Part shown: positions 48,054 through 57,609 of the stretch, one piece after another
Layout of the letters: every line of letters starts with the position of its first letter
Position numbering within the stretch: position 1 is the first letter of the stretch
Assembly: GCA_963819905.1 (NCBI GenBank)
Contig: CAWFXP010000001.1
Location: 146,426 to 210,425, forward strand
DNA from: an uncultured Thermoleophilia bacterium
GTDB lineage: Bacteria; Actinomycetota; Thermoleophilia; Gaiellales; Gaiellaceae
DNA: 64,000 nt
Direction: 5' to 3'
Notes under the pieces: generated by a model
What the model was told of the DNA's origin: nothing
What the model saw: the letters and a program-made list of their open reading frames with translations, nothing else
Database searches by the model: none
Made by a program: the position numbers and the translations under genes

Positions 48054-49150
48054 GCCCAGACGGCCTCGGCGGTCTCGGCCACCGCCCGGAGCTTCGCCGT
48101 CTCGTCCTCGATGGTGAGAGCGTTTCCGAGGATCGACGTGGCGAAGCCGCACTGCGGCGAGACGGCGAGGCGCTCGACCGGGATGAAGGCGCTCGCCTCC
48201 CGAATCCGTGCCACCAGCTCCTCGACCGTCTCGCGGCGTGCGGTCTTCGTCGTCACCAGGCCGAGCACGGCCACCTTGTCCTCGGGAACGTGCGCGAGCG
48301 GCGCGAAGTCCCCGGAGCGCTCGTCGTCGTACTCGAGCAAGAGGCGCTCCGCGTTGATCTTCGGGAAGAGGCGCGCTGCCAGCCAGTCGTACCCACCGGA
48401 GACGAGCCAGCGGCTCGCCTGGTTCCCGCGGCAGAGATGGAAGCTGAACGTCACGCCGGGATGGCTTCCGATGACGTGGTTGTCCAGCTCGAGCCCCAGG
48501 TCGAGCCAGCGCTCCGCGGGCCAGCCGCGGCTCGCGTAGAAGTCGCGCCAGCGCGGCTCGACGAGCAGCGGGTACTGCGGTGCGTCGATCTGGATCGCCG
48601 TCGCTCCGAGCGCGACCAGCTCGCCGACCTCCTCGCGGAGGATGTCGGCGACGTCCTCGAGATACCGGTCGAGGGTCGGGTACTCGGCCGGTGCCCTCGC
48701 CGGGTCGTAGAAGCTCGACAGCATGCTCGGGCTCGGCAGCGTCACCTTGAGCACGCGGTTCGTCCGGCCCCGGGCGTAGACGAACTCCTCCGTCGAGAGG
48801 CCGCGCAACCGCCTGAGCTTCCCGACGACCGCGAGCGGCGGGCGCTCGAGCGCGAGATCGCCGACCTCGTCGGAGTGCCACTCTCCCCAGAGGAACGCAT
48901 CGAGATCCCAGTCCGCGAAGCCCTCGACGGCCGCCGGGAGCTGGCTCTGGAAGGACAGCCGCCTCATCTCGCCGTCCGTGACGACGTCGAGCCCGGCTTC
49001 CTCCTGGAGGCGGATCGCCCAGTCGACGGCCTCGTCCTCGATGCGCTTGAACGCGGGAATCGAGAGCTCGCCCCGCTCGAGCCCCTCACGCGCGTCGAGC
49101 AACTCGGGTGGGCGCAGCAGGCTGCCGACGACGTCGCTGCGCGGCACCAT
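48050..49150 (-). CDS. Cobalamin-independent methionine synthase (MetE C-terminal/UROD-like) family protein
   Basis: VVTDGE, ...IQIDAP..., HLCRGN, ...SPQCGF Zn-ligand pattern. Confidence 0.8.
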   Translation of the reverse strand: MVPRSDVVGSLLRPPELLDAREGLERGELSIPAFKRIEDEAVDWAIRLQEEAGLDVVTDGEMRRLSFQSQLPAAVEGFADWDLDAFLWGEWHSDEVGDLALERPPLAVVGKLRRLRGLSTEEFVYARGRTNRVLKVTLPSPSMLSSFYDPARAPAEYPTLDRYLEDVADILREEVGELVALGATAIQIDAPQYPLLVEPRWRDFYASRGWPAERWLDLGLELDNHVIGSHPGVTFSFHLCRGNQASRWLVSGGYDWLAARLFPKINAERLLLEYDDERSGDFAPLAHVPEDKVAVLGLVTTKTARRETVEELVARIREASAFIPVERLAVSPQCGFATSILGNALTIEDETAKLRAVAETAEAVWA

Positions 49151-49274
49151 GCGGCGAGTCTAGAGCCTCGGAGCGCCGCCGCACGGCGGGTCGGCTCGTC
49201 GTGTTTGTAATGCTGCCCGCCCGGGGACGACTACCCGGCAAGCTGTACCATTTCGGCACAGGCCCGGTCACGGC

Positions 49275-50462
49275 ATGAGAGACATCCTCGTCGTCTGCCC
49301 GCAGGAGCGGGACCTCCAGGCAATCCGGGCCGCGGGTCTCGATTCGCGCTACCGCATCCACTTCGCGGGCGCCGATCTCGACGCGATCGACGTGTTCGAC
49401 CCGCAGGAGTTCGTCGAGGAGTGCGACGAGATCCCGGCCGACGGAGTCATCGGCACGAAGGACCGCTCCGCGCTGCTCGCGGCGCTCATCGCCGAGCGCC
49501 GTGGCCTGCCGGGCCCGAGCCCGCGCGCCCTCATCGCGTGCCAGTTCAAGCCGACCGCGCGCGCGCTCGAGCGCGCGACCATGCCGGCGGCCACCCCGAG
49601 GTTCGCCCTGCTCGACGGGCGCCCGCCGTTCGGCCCGCCCTTCTTCGTGAAGCCCGTCGTCGGCCGGCTCTCGCAACGCGCTCGTCGAATCGACGACCCG
49701 GCCGACATCGAGCGGCTCGAAGACGTCGACGAGTACATGACGAGCTACGCGCGCATCGCGGAGCTCGCGGGACTGCATCCCGACGCCGTCCGCGGGTTCC
49801 TTGCGGAGGAGCTCCTCTCGGGCCAGGAGGTGACGGTCGAGGGCTACGTCCACGACGGCGAGATGACCGCCATCGGCGTCACCGACTCCGTCAAGTACCC
49901 GGGCACGAACAGCTTCGAGCGGTTCGAGTACCCGACGGCCCACTCCGCGGAGCGCGAGGCGGAGCTCGCGGACGTCGTCGCCCGCGTGCTGGCTGCGCTC
50001 GGCTTCGACGGAGGCTTCTTCAACGCCGAGTTCTTCATCCCGGACGAGGATTCGCCCGCGCGGATCATCGAGGTGAACGCCCGGATCTCGTCCCAGTTCT
50101 GGCCGCTCGTCCAGGCGGTGGACGGGCAGTCGACCTACGAGGCGCTGTTCGCTCTCGCCTGCGGCGACGACCCGGCCTGGCAGGTCGGGCCGCCGCAGGG
50201 TGTCGCCATCTCGTACTGCCTGCGCGTCTTCGAGGACGCCTATGTCCGGCAGGTGCCCGATCCCGAGGACGGCCTCGAGCTCCTCGCCCGTCCGGGACTT
50301 CGGCTCTCCCAGCAGGGACGGAACGACGCCCAGAGCTACCGGCTCTGCATCTTCGACGAGGTCGGCGAGACGCGCGAGCAGGCGGTCGAGCGCTGCCGGG
50401 CGCGGGCCGAGCGTCTCCGGGAAGGGTTCGAGCTCGAGCCCGTGCGCGTCGGCGCCCGGTGA
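49275..50462 (+). CDS. ATP-grasp domain protein
   Basis: FFVKPVVG...EELLSGQEVTVEGYV...FFNAEFF...IIEVNARIS pattern. Confidence 0.75.
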   Translation: MRDILVVCPQERDLQAIRAAGLDSRYRIHFAGADLDAIDVFDPQEFVEECDEIPADGVIGTKDRSALLAALIAERRGLPGPSPRALIACQFKPTARALERATMPAATPRFALLDGRPPFGPPFFVKPVVGRLSQRARRIDDPADIERLEDVDEYMTSYARIAELAGLHPDAVRGFLAEELLSGQEVTVEGYVHDGEMTAIGVTDSVKYPGTNSFERFEYPTAHSAEREAELADVVARVLAALGFDGGFFNAEFFIPDEDSPARIIEVNARISSQFWPLVQAVDGQSTYEALFALACGDDPAWQVGPPQGVAISYCLRVFEDAYVRQVPDPEDGLELLARPGLRLSQQGRNDAQSYRLCIFDEVGETREQAVERCRARAERLREGFELEPVRVGAR

Positions 50463-50842
50463 CCCGGCTCGGCTACGCGATCCTCTTCGTCTCCGACCTC
50501 GAGCGCTCGATCCGCTTCTACCGGGACGCGCTCGGGCTGCCCTTCCGGTTCGCGAACGAGAGCTACGCCGAGTTCGCCACCGAGGGCGCCAAGTTCGCGC
50601 TCTACGCCCGCTCGCACCTGCCGGAGCTGATCGGGCGCGAGGCGCCGCCGGGGCCCGCGCCCTGGCCGCAGGGCGAGATCGCGTTCCTCTGCGACGACGT
50701 CGACGCCGAGCACGAGCGCCTCGCCGCCGACGGCGTCACGATCCTCTCGCCCCCGACCGACCGGCCCTGGGGCGAGCGGACACTGCACGTCGCGGATCCT
50801 GACGGCAACGTCGTCGAGCTCACGAGACCGAAACATCCGTAG
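50459..50842 (+). CDS. Glyoxalase/bleomycin-resistance (VOC) family protein
   Basis: LGYAILFVSDLERSIRFYRDALGL...DPDGNVVEL; its TAG stop lies inside a REP copy. Confidence 0.85.
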   Translation: MTRLGYAILFVSDLERSIRFYRDALGLPFRFANESYAEFATEGAKFALYARSHLPELIGREAPPGPAPWPQGEIAFLCDDVDAEHERLAADGVTILSPPTDRPWGERTLHVADPDGNVVELTRPKHP

Positions 50843-50905
50843 GGGCCGGACCTGTCCGGCCCCGCTCACGGGGGAAGCAACCGTAGGGGCCGGACCTGTC
50901 CGGCC
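50839..50905. repeat. REP-like element locus C: two tandem forward copies (50839-50861, 50883-50905)
   Basis: Both copies are identical to the consensus GTAGGGGCCGGACCTGTCCGGCC. Confidence 0.9.
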
Positions 50906-50922
50906 CGCGCTTCCCGGGCCGG

Positions 50923-51525
<603 letters not shown>

Positions 51526-51953
51526 GGCGCGGTCCTTTCTCCTGGTGGTTTCCGTGGAGGGAATCTACCCGAGGAGCGAGGGATCCCACGCTGCCGAGAA
51601 GCGCGCGGTCGTTCGCCCGCCCGGCGTTACCAGGCCTTCACGGAGCCGCCACGTAGGAATGCGCCGGCGCAGGCGGCAAAAGCCGCCCGCAGCCAGCGCG
51701 ATCCCCGCTCGGCGCCGCTCACCGAACGGTCCGTGCCGCAGCGTCTTGGGTGGGGGGTCCCGGGGTGCCGCATGGTTGTCTCTTGCGACCGCTCCGCTTC
51801 GTTTCTCTCGCCTCGAGATCCGAGGTGCGCGGGGGTCGATGCAAGGCTTGGTTCGCACTCTATGGAGATCGCGGGATTCGTCAAGGGCTGTCGGGCTGCG
51901 TCGTAGACTTCGCCTGTGTCCGCTAGATACGGGCATCCGGGCCGCGGCGGTTT

Positions 51954-52691
51954 GTGATGCGCCGCGTCCTCGTGACGGGCGCCGAGGGCGTGATCGGTTC
52001 GGCCGTCCGCGAGCGGCTGGCGGGCCGCTACGAGCTCGTCTCGCTCACGCGCGCGCCCGCAGGCTTCGCGAGCCACGTCGGGGACATCGCCGATCCGGCG
52101 GCGATCGCGCCGGCGTTCGAGAACGTCTCCGCTGTCGTCCATCTCGCGGCCTCGGTGTCGGTCGACTCACCCTGGGAAGACGTGTTGCGCGACAATGTGA
52201 TCGGCACGCGCAACGTCTTCGAAGCCGCCCGGCTCGCCCGCGTCGAGACGGTCGTCTTCGCCTCGAGCAACCACGTCGTCGGCTCGTGGGAGCTGGAGCA
52301 CGCCCCATCCCTCTACGAGCTCGACGACCCGCGGCGCCTCGACGAGCGGGCGGAGTTCCGACCCGACTCGCTGTACGGGGTCTCGAAGTGCTTCGGCGAG
52401 GCGCTCGGCCGGTACTACGCGGAGGCGTTCGGCATGCGCGTCGTCTGTCTGCGGATCGGCACCGTGCGGGGCGACGACGATCCGTGCGCGAGCCCGGCTT
52501 CGAAGCGCCTGCGCGCGACGTGGCTCAGCCGGCGGGACTGCTGCGAGCTGATCGCCTGCGCGCTCGAGTCAGGAGACACGGGCTTCGCGATCGTCTACGG
52601 AACGTCCGACAACCCGCGCCAGATCTGGAGCCTCGACGGAGCGCGGGCCCTCGGCTACGAGCCGAGAGACGCCGCGCCCGTCGACTGCTGA
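51954..52691 (+). CDS. NAD-dependent epimerase/dehydratase family (extended SDR)
   Basis: VLVTGAEGVIGS Rossmann motif, YGVSK catalytic motif. Confidence 0.8.
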   Translation: MMRRVLVTGAEGVIGSAVRERLAGRYELVSLTRAPAGFASHVGDIADPAAIAPAFENVSAVVHLAASVSVDSPWEDVLRDNVIGTRNVFEAARLARVETVVFASSNHVVGSWELEHAPSLYELDDPRRLDERAEFRPDSLYGVSKCFGEALGRYYAEAFGMRVVCLRIGTVRGDDDPCASPASKRLRATWLSRRDCCELIACALESGDTGFAIVYGTSDNPRQIWSLDGARALGYEPRDAAPVDC

Positions 52692-52698
52692 GCTCGTC

Positions 52699-53196
52699 TC
52701 AGCTCGAGGCCGGCTCCCCGTGCAGATCGCGCTGCAGCTCTTCCTCGGCCTCCTTCGAGAGCGAGGTCTTCAGAACCGTGCCGCCGAACTTGCTGAGCGC
52801 CTCGACGGCCTTGTCGGGCGTGACCTTCTCGACGATCAGGAAGAGCGCCGAGGTCCCGGGCTGCAGCATGTCCCGCACCTGGTTCTGGAACTCCTTGTCG
52901 ATCCCGGTCTTCTCGATCTTCCCGAAGAGCGCGCCCAGGCCTGCGCCGACGGCCATGCCGAAGACCGGCACGAAGAAGATGAGCCCGAACAGGAACCCCC
53001 AGAACATGCCCCAGGTCGCCCCCGCGCCCACCGTGTGCTGGTGCGTGGTGGTGTGGAACTTGCCCTCCGCGTCTCGGCGGATGGCGGCCATTGCGTCGGC
53101 TTCGATCAGGAGGTCGCCCTGCAGGCGCTCCGCCTCGCGAAGCGCGAGCTCGGCGGTTCCCTCGTCGTCGTAGCCGATCGCGATCAGATCAGACAT
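52699..53196 (-). CDS. DUF1269-family membrane protein
   Basis: N-terminal soluble domain, glycine-zipper TM region (GAGATWGMFWGFLFG...GAGLGALFG), C-terminal soluble domain. Confidence 0.75.
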   Translation of the reverse strand: MSDLIAIGYDDEGTAELALREAERLQGDLLIEADAMAAIRRDAEGKFHTTTHQHTVGAGATWGMFWGFLFGLIFFVPVFGMAVGAGLGALFGKIEKTGIDKEFQNQVRDMLQPGTSALFLIVEKVTPDKAVEALSKFGGTVLKTSLSKEAEEELQRDLHGEPASS

Positions 53197-53298
53197 CGAT
53201 CACTCCTTCCCATGCATCGGTTCGCGGGCGGAGCATACCGTCGCTTGGCCTCATCGACCCGCGATCCCGTTCACTCAGCGGGACTGGCATGGCGATCG

Positions 53299-55290
53299 TC
53301 ATTGGAGAGTCTTGATCGCCCGCATGACCGCTTCGACGCCCGGCAGGGTCCGGTTCTCGAGATCCTTCTGATAGGGCACCGGCCGATGAGGCGCGCCGAC
53401 CCGCACAATCGGCGCGTCGAGGTTCCAGAAACCATGCTCCGCGACGGCGGCGGCGATCTCGGCCCCGATGCCGCAAAACTGGACTGCCTCGTGGGCGATC
53501 ACGACGCGCCCGGTTCTTGCGACCGACTCGAGGATCGTGTCGAGATCGAGCGGATAGAGGGTCCGCGGATCAACCACTTCGACGTCTGTTCCTTCGTGTC
53601 GTAGCCGCTCCGCTGCGCGCATGGCAGCCGGTACGAGAGCCTGGGTCGCGACGACCGTGATGTCGTACCCTCTTCGCTTGATCTCTGCCTTTCCAAGCGG
53701 GATCTCGTAGCGTCCGGCCGGGACCGGGCTCTCGTCGAAGAGCAGAGACTTGGCCTCAAGAAAGACCACGGGATTGTCATCACGAATGGACGCTGCGAGC
53801 AGCCCCTTTGCGTCGGCTGGAGAGGACGGCGCGACCACCACGAGCCCGGGGATGTGTGCGAACCAGGCTTCGAGGCTTTGGGAGTGCTGAGCTGCAAGGC
53901 GGATGCCACCGCCGGAGGGGCCGCGCACGACGAGAGGAACGTGCGCGGCCCCTCCGGTCATGAACCGAAACTTCGCGGCCTGGTTGACGATTGCGTCCGC
54001 CGCGAGCGTTACGAAATCGAAGATCTGGAGCTCGACCACCGGCCGCAGCCCGGTGAGGGCTGCGCCGACGGCCATGCCGACGAAGCCTCCTTCCGAGATA
54101 GGCGTGTTGCGGACCCGCCCGGCACCAAATTGCGCCCACAGCCCCTCCGTTGCGCGGAAGATCCCGCCGAGCGGCCCGACATCCTCACCGATCACGATTA
54201 CGGTCTCGTCGGTCTCCATCTCGAGACGGAGGGCATCGCGGACAGCAGCGTAGAAGTCCATCGATATCGCCTCGTCGCTGACTGGAGGCGAGCCTTGCGG
54301 GGCATGCTGGACGTAGACGACGCTGTCGAGATCATCCACCCGTGGCACCGGCTCTCCCTCTGCCCAGCGAATCGCGTCTTGCAACTCGGTCTCGACCAAG
54401 TCGCGCACAACGGCCAGCGATTCGTGCTCGACACCCAGTCCGATGAGCACCGACTCCGCACGAGCGACGGGATCGCGACCGGCCCACTCGAGTGCGGCTC
54501 GAGGATCGCGAAGGTCTGGGAGGTTCGTCCGAACGGAGTGTTGCATCCTCCGGTATGTGGTCGCCTCGATGAGCGTGGGCCCGGCGCCGTCCCGGGCGCG
54601 GCGAACCGCAGTCTTCGTGCCACTACGCACTGCTGCCACATCGTTCCCGTCGATGGTTACGCCTGGCATCCCGTATGCGGCGGCACGAGCGGCGATGCTC
54701 TCGACCGCTCGCACCTCACGCCATTCGGTAGACAGTGCAACGTCGTTGTTCTCGCACACGAAGACGACTGGGAGTTGCCAGACCGACGCGAGGTTCATGG
54801 CCTCGTGTGCGATCCCTTGATTCACGGCACCGTCGCCGAAGAACGCGATGGTTACCTGACCGCTCCGGCGGAGTTGGGCGCTGAGCGCGGATCCACAGCC
54901 GATCGAAAGGCCGGCGCCGACGATGCCATTGCAGCCGAGCACCCCAAGCTCGATGTCCGCGATGTGCATCGAGCCGCCCAGGCCGCCGCAGTAGCCGCTT
55001 GCCCGCCCCATCAGCTCGGCCATCATGCGCCTGATGTCCGCCCCTCTCGCGATGAGGTGCCCGTGGCTGCGGTGATGACCCACGATGTAGTCGTCGGGCC
55101 TGAGCACCGAGGTGGCGCCGACTGCAACGGCCTCTTGGCCGATACAGCTGTGCGCGGTGCCTGTCACGATTCCGGCGGCGAAGAGCTCGGCAATCGCTTC
55201 CTCGAACCTCCGGATGAGGAACATCTGCCGGTAGGCCTCGAGGTCGTCCCGGGCGAACGACGGCGCCAGAGGAGATGGATCTGCCGGCAT
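53299..55290 (-). CDS. Fused E1 alpha-beta subunit of a TPP-dependent 2-oxoacid/acetoin dehydrogenase
   Basis: The alpha part carries GDGAVNQG...ENN (TPP motif). It continues without a stop into the beta part (MDFYAAVRDALRLEM...GEDVG...). ATG 55290. Confidence 0.85.
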   Translation of the reverse strand: MPADPSPLAPSFARDDLEAYRQMFLIRRFEEAIAELFAAGIVTGTAHSCIGQEAVAVGATSVLRPDDYIVGHHRSHGHLIARGADIRRMMAELMGRASGYCGGLGGSMHIADIELGVLGCNGIVGAGLSIGCGSALSAQLRRSGQVTIAFFGDGAVNQGIAHEAMNLASVWQLPVVFVCENNDVALSTEWREVRAVESIAARAAAYGMPGVTIDGNDVAAVRSGTKTAVRRARDGAGPTLIEATTYRRMQHSVRTNLPDLRDPRAALEWAGRDPVARAESVLIGLGVEHESLAVVRDLVETELQDAIRWAEGEPVPRVDDLDSVVYVQHAPQGSPPVSDEAISMDFYAAVRDALRLEMETDETVIVIGEDVGPLGGIFRATEGLWAQFGAGRVRNTPISEGGFVGMAVGAALTGLRPVVELQIFDFVTLAADAIVNQAAKFRFMTGGAAHVPLVVRGPSGGGIRLAAQHSQSLEAWFAHIPGLVVVAPSSPADAKGLLAASIRDDNPVVFLEAKSLLFDESPVPAGRYEIPLGKAEIKRRGYDITVVATQALVPAAMRAAERLRHEGTDVEVVDPRTLYPLDLDTILESVARTGRVVIAHEAVQFCGIGAEIAAAVAEHGFWNLDAPIVRVGAPHRPVPYQKDLENRTLPGVEAVMRAIKTLQ

Positions 55291-55354
55291 TACGTTCGCT
55301 CTCGTCCGGAGGGGAGCGCCTTTTCCGGCGCAAGGTTTAGCATTCCCCAGCCTG

Positions 55355-55364
55355 TAATGCATTA
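55355..55364. promoter_or_regulatory. Perfect 10-bp palindrome TAATGCATTA in an AT-rich divergent control region; candidate GntR operator
   Basis: Read directly; embedded in TGTAATGCATTATAC (GT-N10-AC); lies between the divergent E1 and SDR genes. Confidence 0.3.
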
Positions 55365-55491
55365 TACGGAGTATCTTGCATCTAAATGAGCATATGGTAT
55401 TCTCCTCGGCCGTGTTTGAGAGTCGATCCCGCCCGATCGGCCACGCCGGCAAGAACAGCCCCGTGTCGTCGCCTGGAAGGGCACCAGGGTC

Positions 55492-56283
55492 ATGAAGATG
55501 GAACACGAGGTGGCTATCGTCACCGGCGGAGGGCATGGCCTCGGTGCGGCGATCTCGCGCGTTCTTGCAGACGAAGGCTGCGCGGTCGCGGTGACGGATG
55601 TCCAGACGTCGGCAGCGGTGGCATGCGCCGGCGAGATAGGCGGGAAGGCGATCGGACTTCATCTCGACGTTCGTGACCGATCGTCGATCGAGGCCGCCGT
55701 CTCGGAGACCGTGGAACGCCTGGGCGAGGTCTCGGTGCTCGTGAACAACGCTGGCATCAACCGAGTGGGGCCCTCGGAGACGTATGACGAATCGCTCTGG
55801 GACGAAGTGGTCGAGATCAACCTCACAGGCGTATTCCGTTGCTGTCAGGTCGTCGGGGCGCGCATGCTCGCCAAGGGGCGCGGATCGATCGTAAACCTCG
55901 CTTCGATTCATTCACGTATCGCAAGCCCCGGACGGGCCGCATATTGCGCCACCAAGACCGGGCTCGTCGGACTTACGCGTGCGCTGGCAGTCGAATGGGC
56001 ATCACGAGGTGTCCGGGTGAACGCTGTTGCACCCGGGTACATCGACACCCGCCTGACCAGAGACGCGATCGCGTCGGGGCTCATCTCGGAGGAGCAACTC
56101 CTCGACCGTGTCCCGCTAGGCCGACTGGGCACGCCGGAGCATGTCGCGCGTTCGGTCCTGTTCCTCGCCTCCTGGGAATCGGAGTACATCACAGGCACGA
56201 CGATCGAGACGGATGGGGGCTACGTCGCATTCGGGGCCCCCGGACCGGCAAGCCGGATGCCTCCAGCTCCCTCGGCGCGATGA
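55492..56283 (+). CDS. Short-chain dehydrogenase/reductase (FabG-like)
   Basis: TGGGHGLG, NNAG, YCATK catalytic motif. Confidence 0.9.
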   Translation: MKMEHEVAIVTGGGHGLGAAISRVLADEGCAVAVTDVQTSAAVACAGEIGGKAIGLHLDVRDRSSIEAAVSETVERLGEVSVLVNNAGINRVGPSETYDESLWDEVVEINLTGVFRCCQVVGARMLAKGRGSIVNLASIHSRIASPGRAAYCATKTGLVGLTRALAVEWASRGVRVNAVAPGYIDTRLTRDAIASGLISEEQLLDRVPLGRLGTPEHVARSVLFLASWESEYITGTTIETDGGYVAFGAPGPASRMPPAPSAR

Positions 56284-56317
56284 CGGGAGCTGTCCTCGAC
56301 CCGAAAGGAACGACGGC

Positions 56318-56884
56318 ATGAGCAGGCCCTATGACGAGTCGTTCTACCGGGGTCATGGTTGGGACAACGTGACCGGACCCGACGCGGAGCGGACGCGTGA
56401 ACTGACGGACACGCTCGAGGCGCGCAAGGAATGGCTCCCGCTCGTCGGCAAGCTCGACGAGGCCCGGCTGGTCGCTGAGTTCCCCGGATCGCAGTGCCTG
56501 CTTCCGATCAACTGGCTGGCGATCCCCGAGCGGAAATTCGAGTATGTCCTGATTCGAACTGAGCCGGGTCGCTCGTTTCCGGAGCACGTCCACGGATACG
56601 GCGACGAGATCTACCTCGTCCTGGGCGGTGAGGGAACCGTCTTTCTCGACGGGAAGGCGTACGAGGCCCGCGCGTCGGACATCTTTCACATCCCACCGGG
56701 CACGCCCCACGGCTACAAGGCATCAGAGGAGTCCGACACGACATTCGATCTCTTCGTCGTCAGTGCGCCTGGGGTCGCGGCCGAGCTACGGTCGCGCTAC
56801 TGGGCGGTCGAGTCGGTCCCGCGCGAAGCGCCAAAGGACGCCGCTACAGGCAGCGCGCCCGAACGCGACGACGGGTCGCGATGA
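56318..56884 (+). CDS. Cupin-domain protein
   Basis: FPEHVHGYGDEIYLVLGGEG...HIPPGTPHG two-motif cupin; AAAGGA upstream of the ATG. Confidence 0.7.
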   Translation: MSRPYDESFYRGHGWDNVTGPDAERTRELTDTLEARKEWLPLVGKLDEARLVAEFPGSQCLLPINWLAIPERKFEYVLIRTEPGRSFPEHVHGYGDEIYLVLGGEGTVFLDGKAYEARASDIFHIPPGTPHGYKASEESDTTFDLFVVSAPGVAAELRSRYWAVESVPREAPKDAATGSAPERDDGSR

Positions 56885-57561
56885 CGCAGATCTCGACGAG
56901 CATGACAAAAAGGGACTGGGTGGCCAGCGAACTTCGCCGGCTCATCCTCAGCGGGTCGATTCCGAGAGGCAGGCGCATCCAGCTCGACGATATTGCCTCT
57001 CGATTCGAGGTCAGCATCACGCCGGTTCGCGAAGCCTTGCGCCAGCTCGAGGCCGAACGCCTCCTCGTCAGCGAGCCCCACAGAGGAGTCACCGTCCCGC
57101 TCGTCGATACCGAAGCGCTCAAGGCCGTGTACGTCATGCGTCGGCTCGCCGAGCCGTATGCCTTCGCTCGCGCCTCCCGCCGATTCTCGCGCCTCGACAT
57201 CGAACGTGTCGATGAGCTCACGAGCGCGATGGAGACTGCCAACCTCGCTGGAGACGCTGCGGGCGTCAGCGCCGCGAACAGAGGCTTTCATTTCCTCTTC
57301 TTCGAGCGGTGTGGAATCCCCGGTCTGCCTGAACGGTTGGAGGAGCTCTGGATCGCGTTCCCGTGGGACGTGCTGATGAGCGGCGATCACGTGGGCGGTT
57401 CGGTGGTTGAGCACCGCGAGATCATCGCGGCGGTTGAAGCAGACGATCCGGACCGTGTGAGGGGCGCAGCAGAAGCGCACGTCGCGCGCAGCTACTTCCT
57501 GATCGTCGATCACCTGCAAGTGGAATCTGGCCCCGATCCGTTCGATCTGACGCTCGACTGA
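56881..57561 (+). CDS. GntR-family transcriptional regulator (FadR/FCD subfamily)
   Basis: Winged HTH (IASRFEVSITPVREALRQLEAERLL) plus an all-helical C-terminal domain; ATGA overlap. Confidence 0.85.
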   Translation: MTQISTSMTKRDWVASELRRLILSGSIPRGRRIQLDDIASRFEVSITPVREALRQLEAERLLVSEPHRGVTVPLVDTEALKAVYVMRRLAEPYAFARASRRFSRLDIERVDELTSAMETANLAGDAAGVSAANRGFHFLFFERCGIPGLPERLEELWIAFPWDVLMSGDHVGGSVVEHREIIAAVEADDPDRVRGAAEAHVARSYFLIVDHLQVESGPDPFDLTLD

Positions 57562-57609
57562 CGACCGACGGAGCCACAGACAGATGTCATCTGAAACGAG
57601 GAGGTCGAC

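Noticed and set aside
55291-55911. 207-aa N-terminal extension of the E1 ORF; similarly 48054-48881 on the HAL-like ORF and 32075-32548 on the ppa ORF
   Set aside because: The extensions cross AT-rich intergenic DNA or neighbouring genes and have no homology signal. Internal starts with good context give proteins of normal length.
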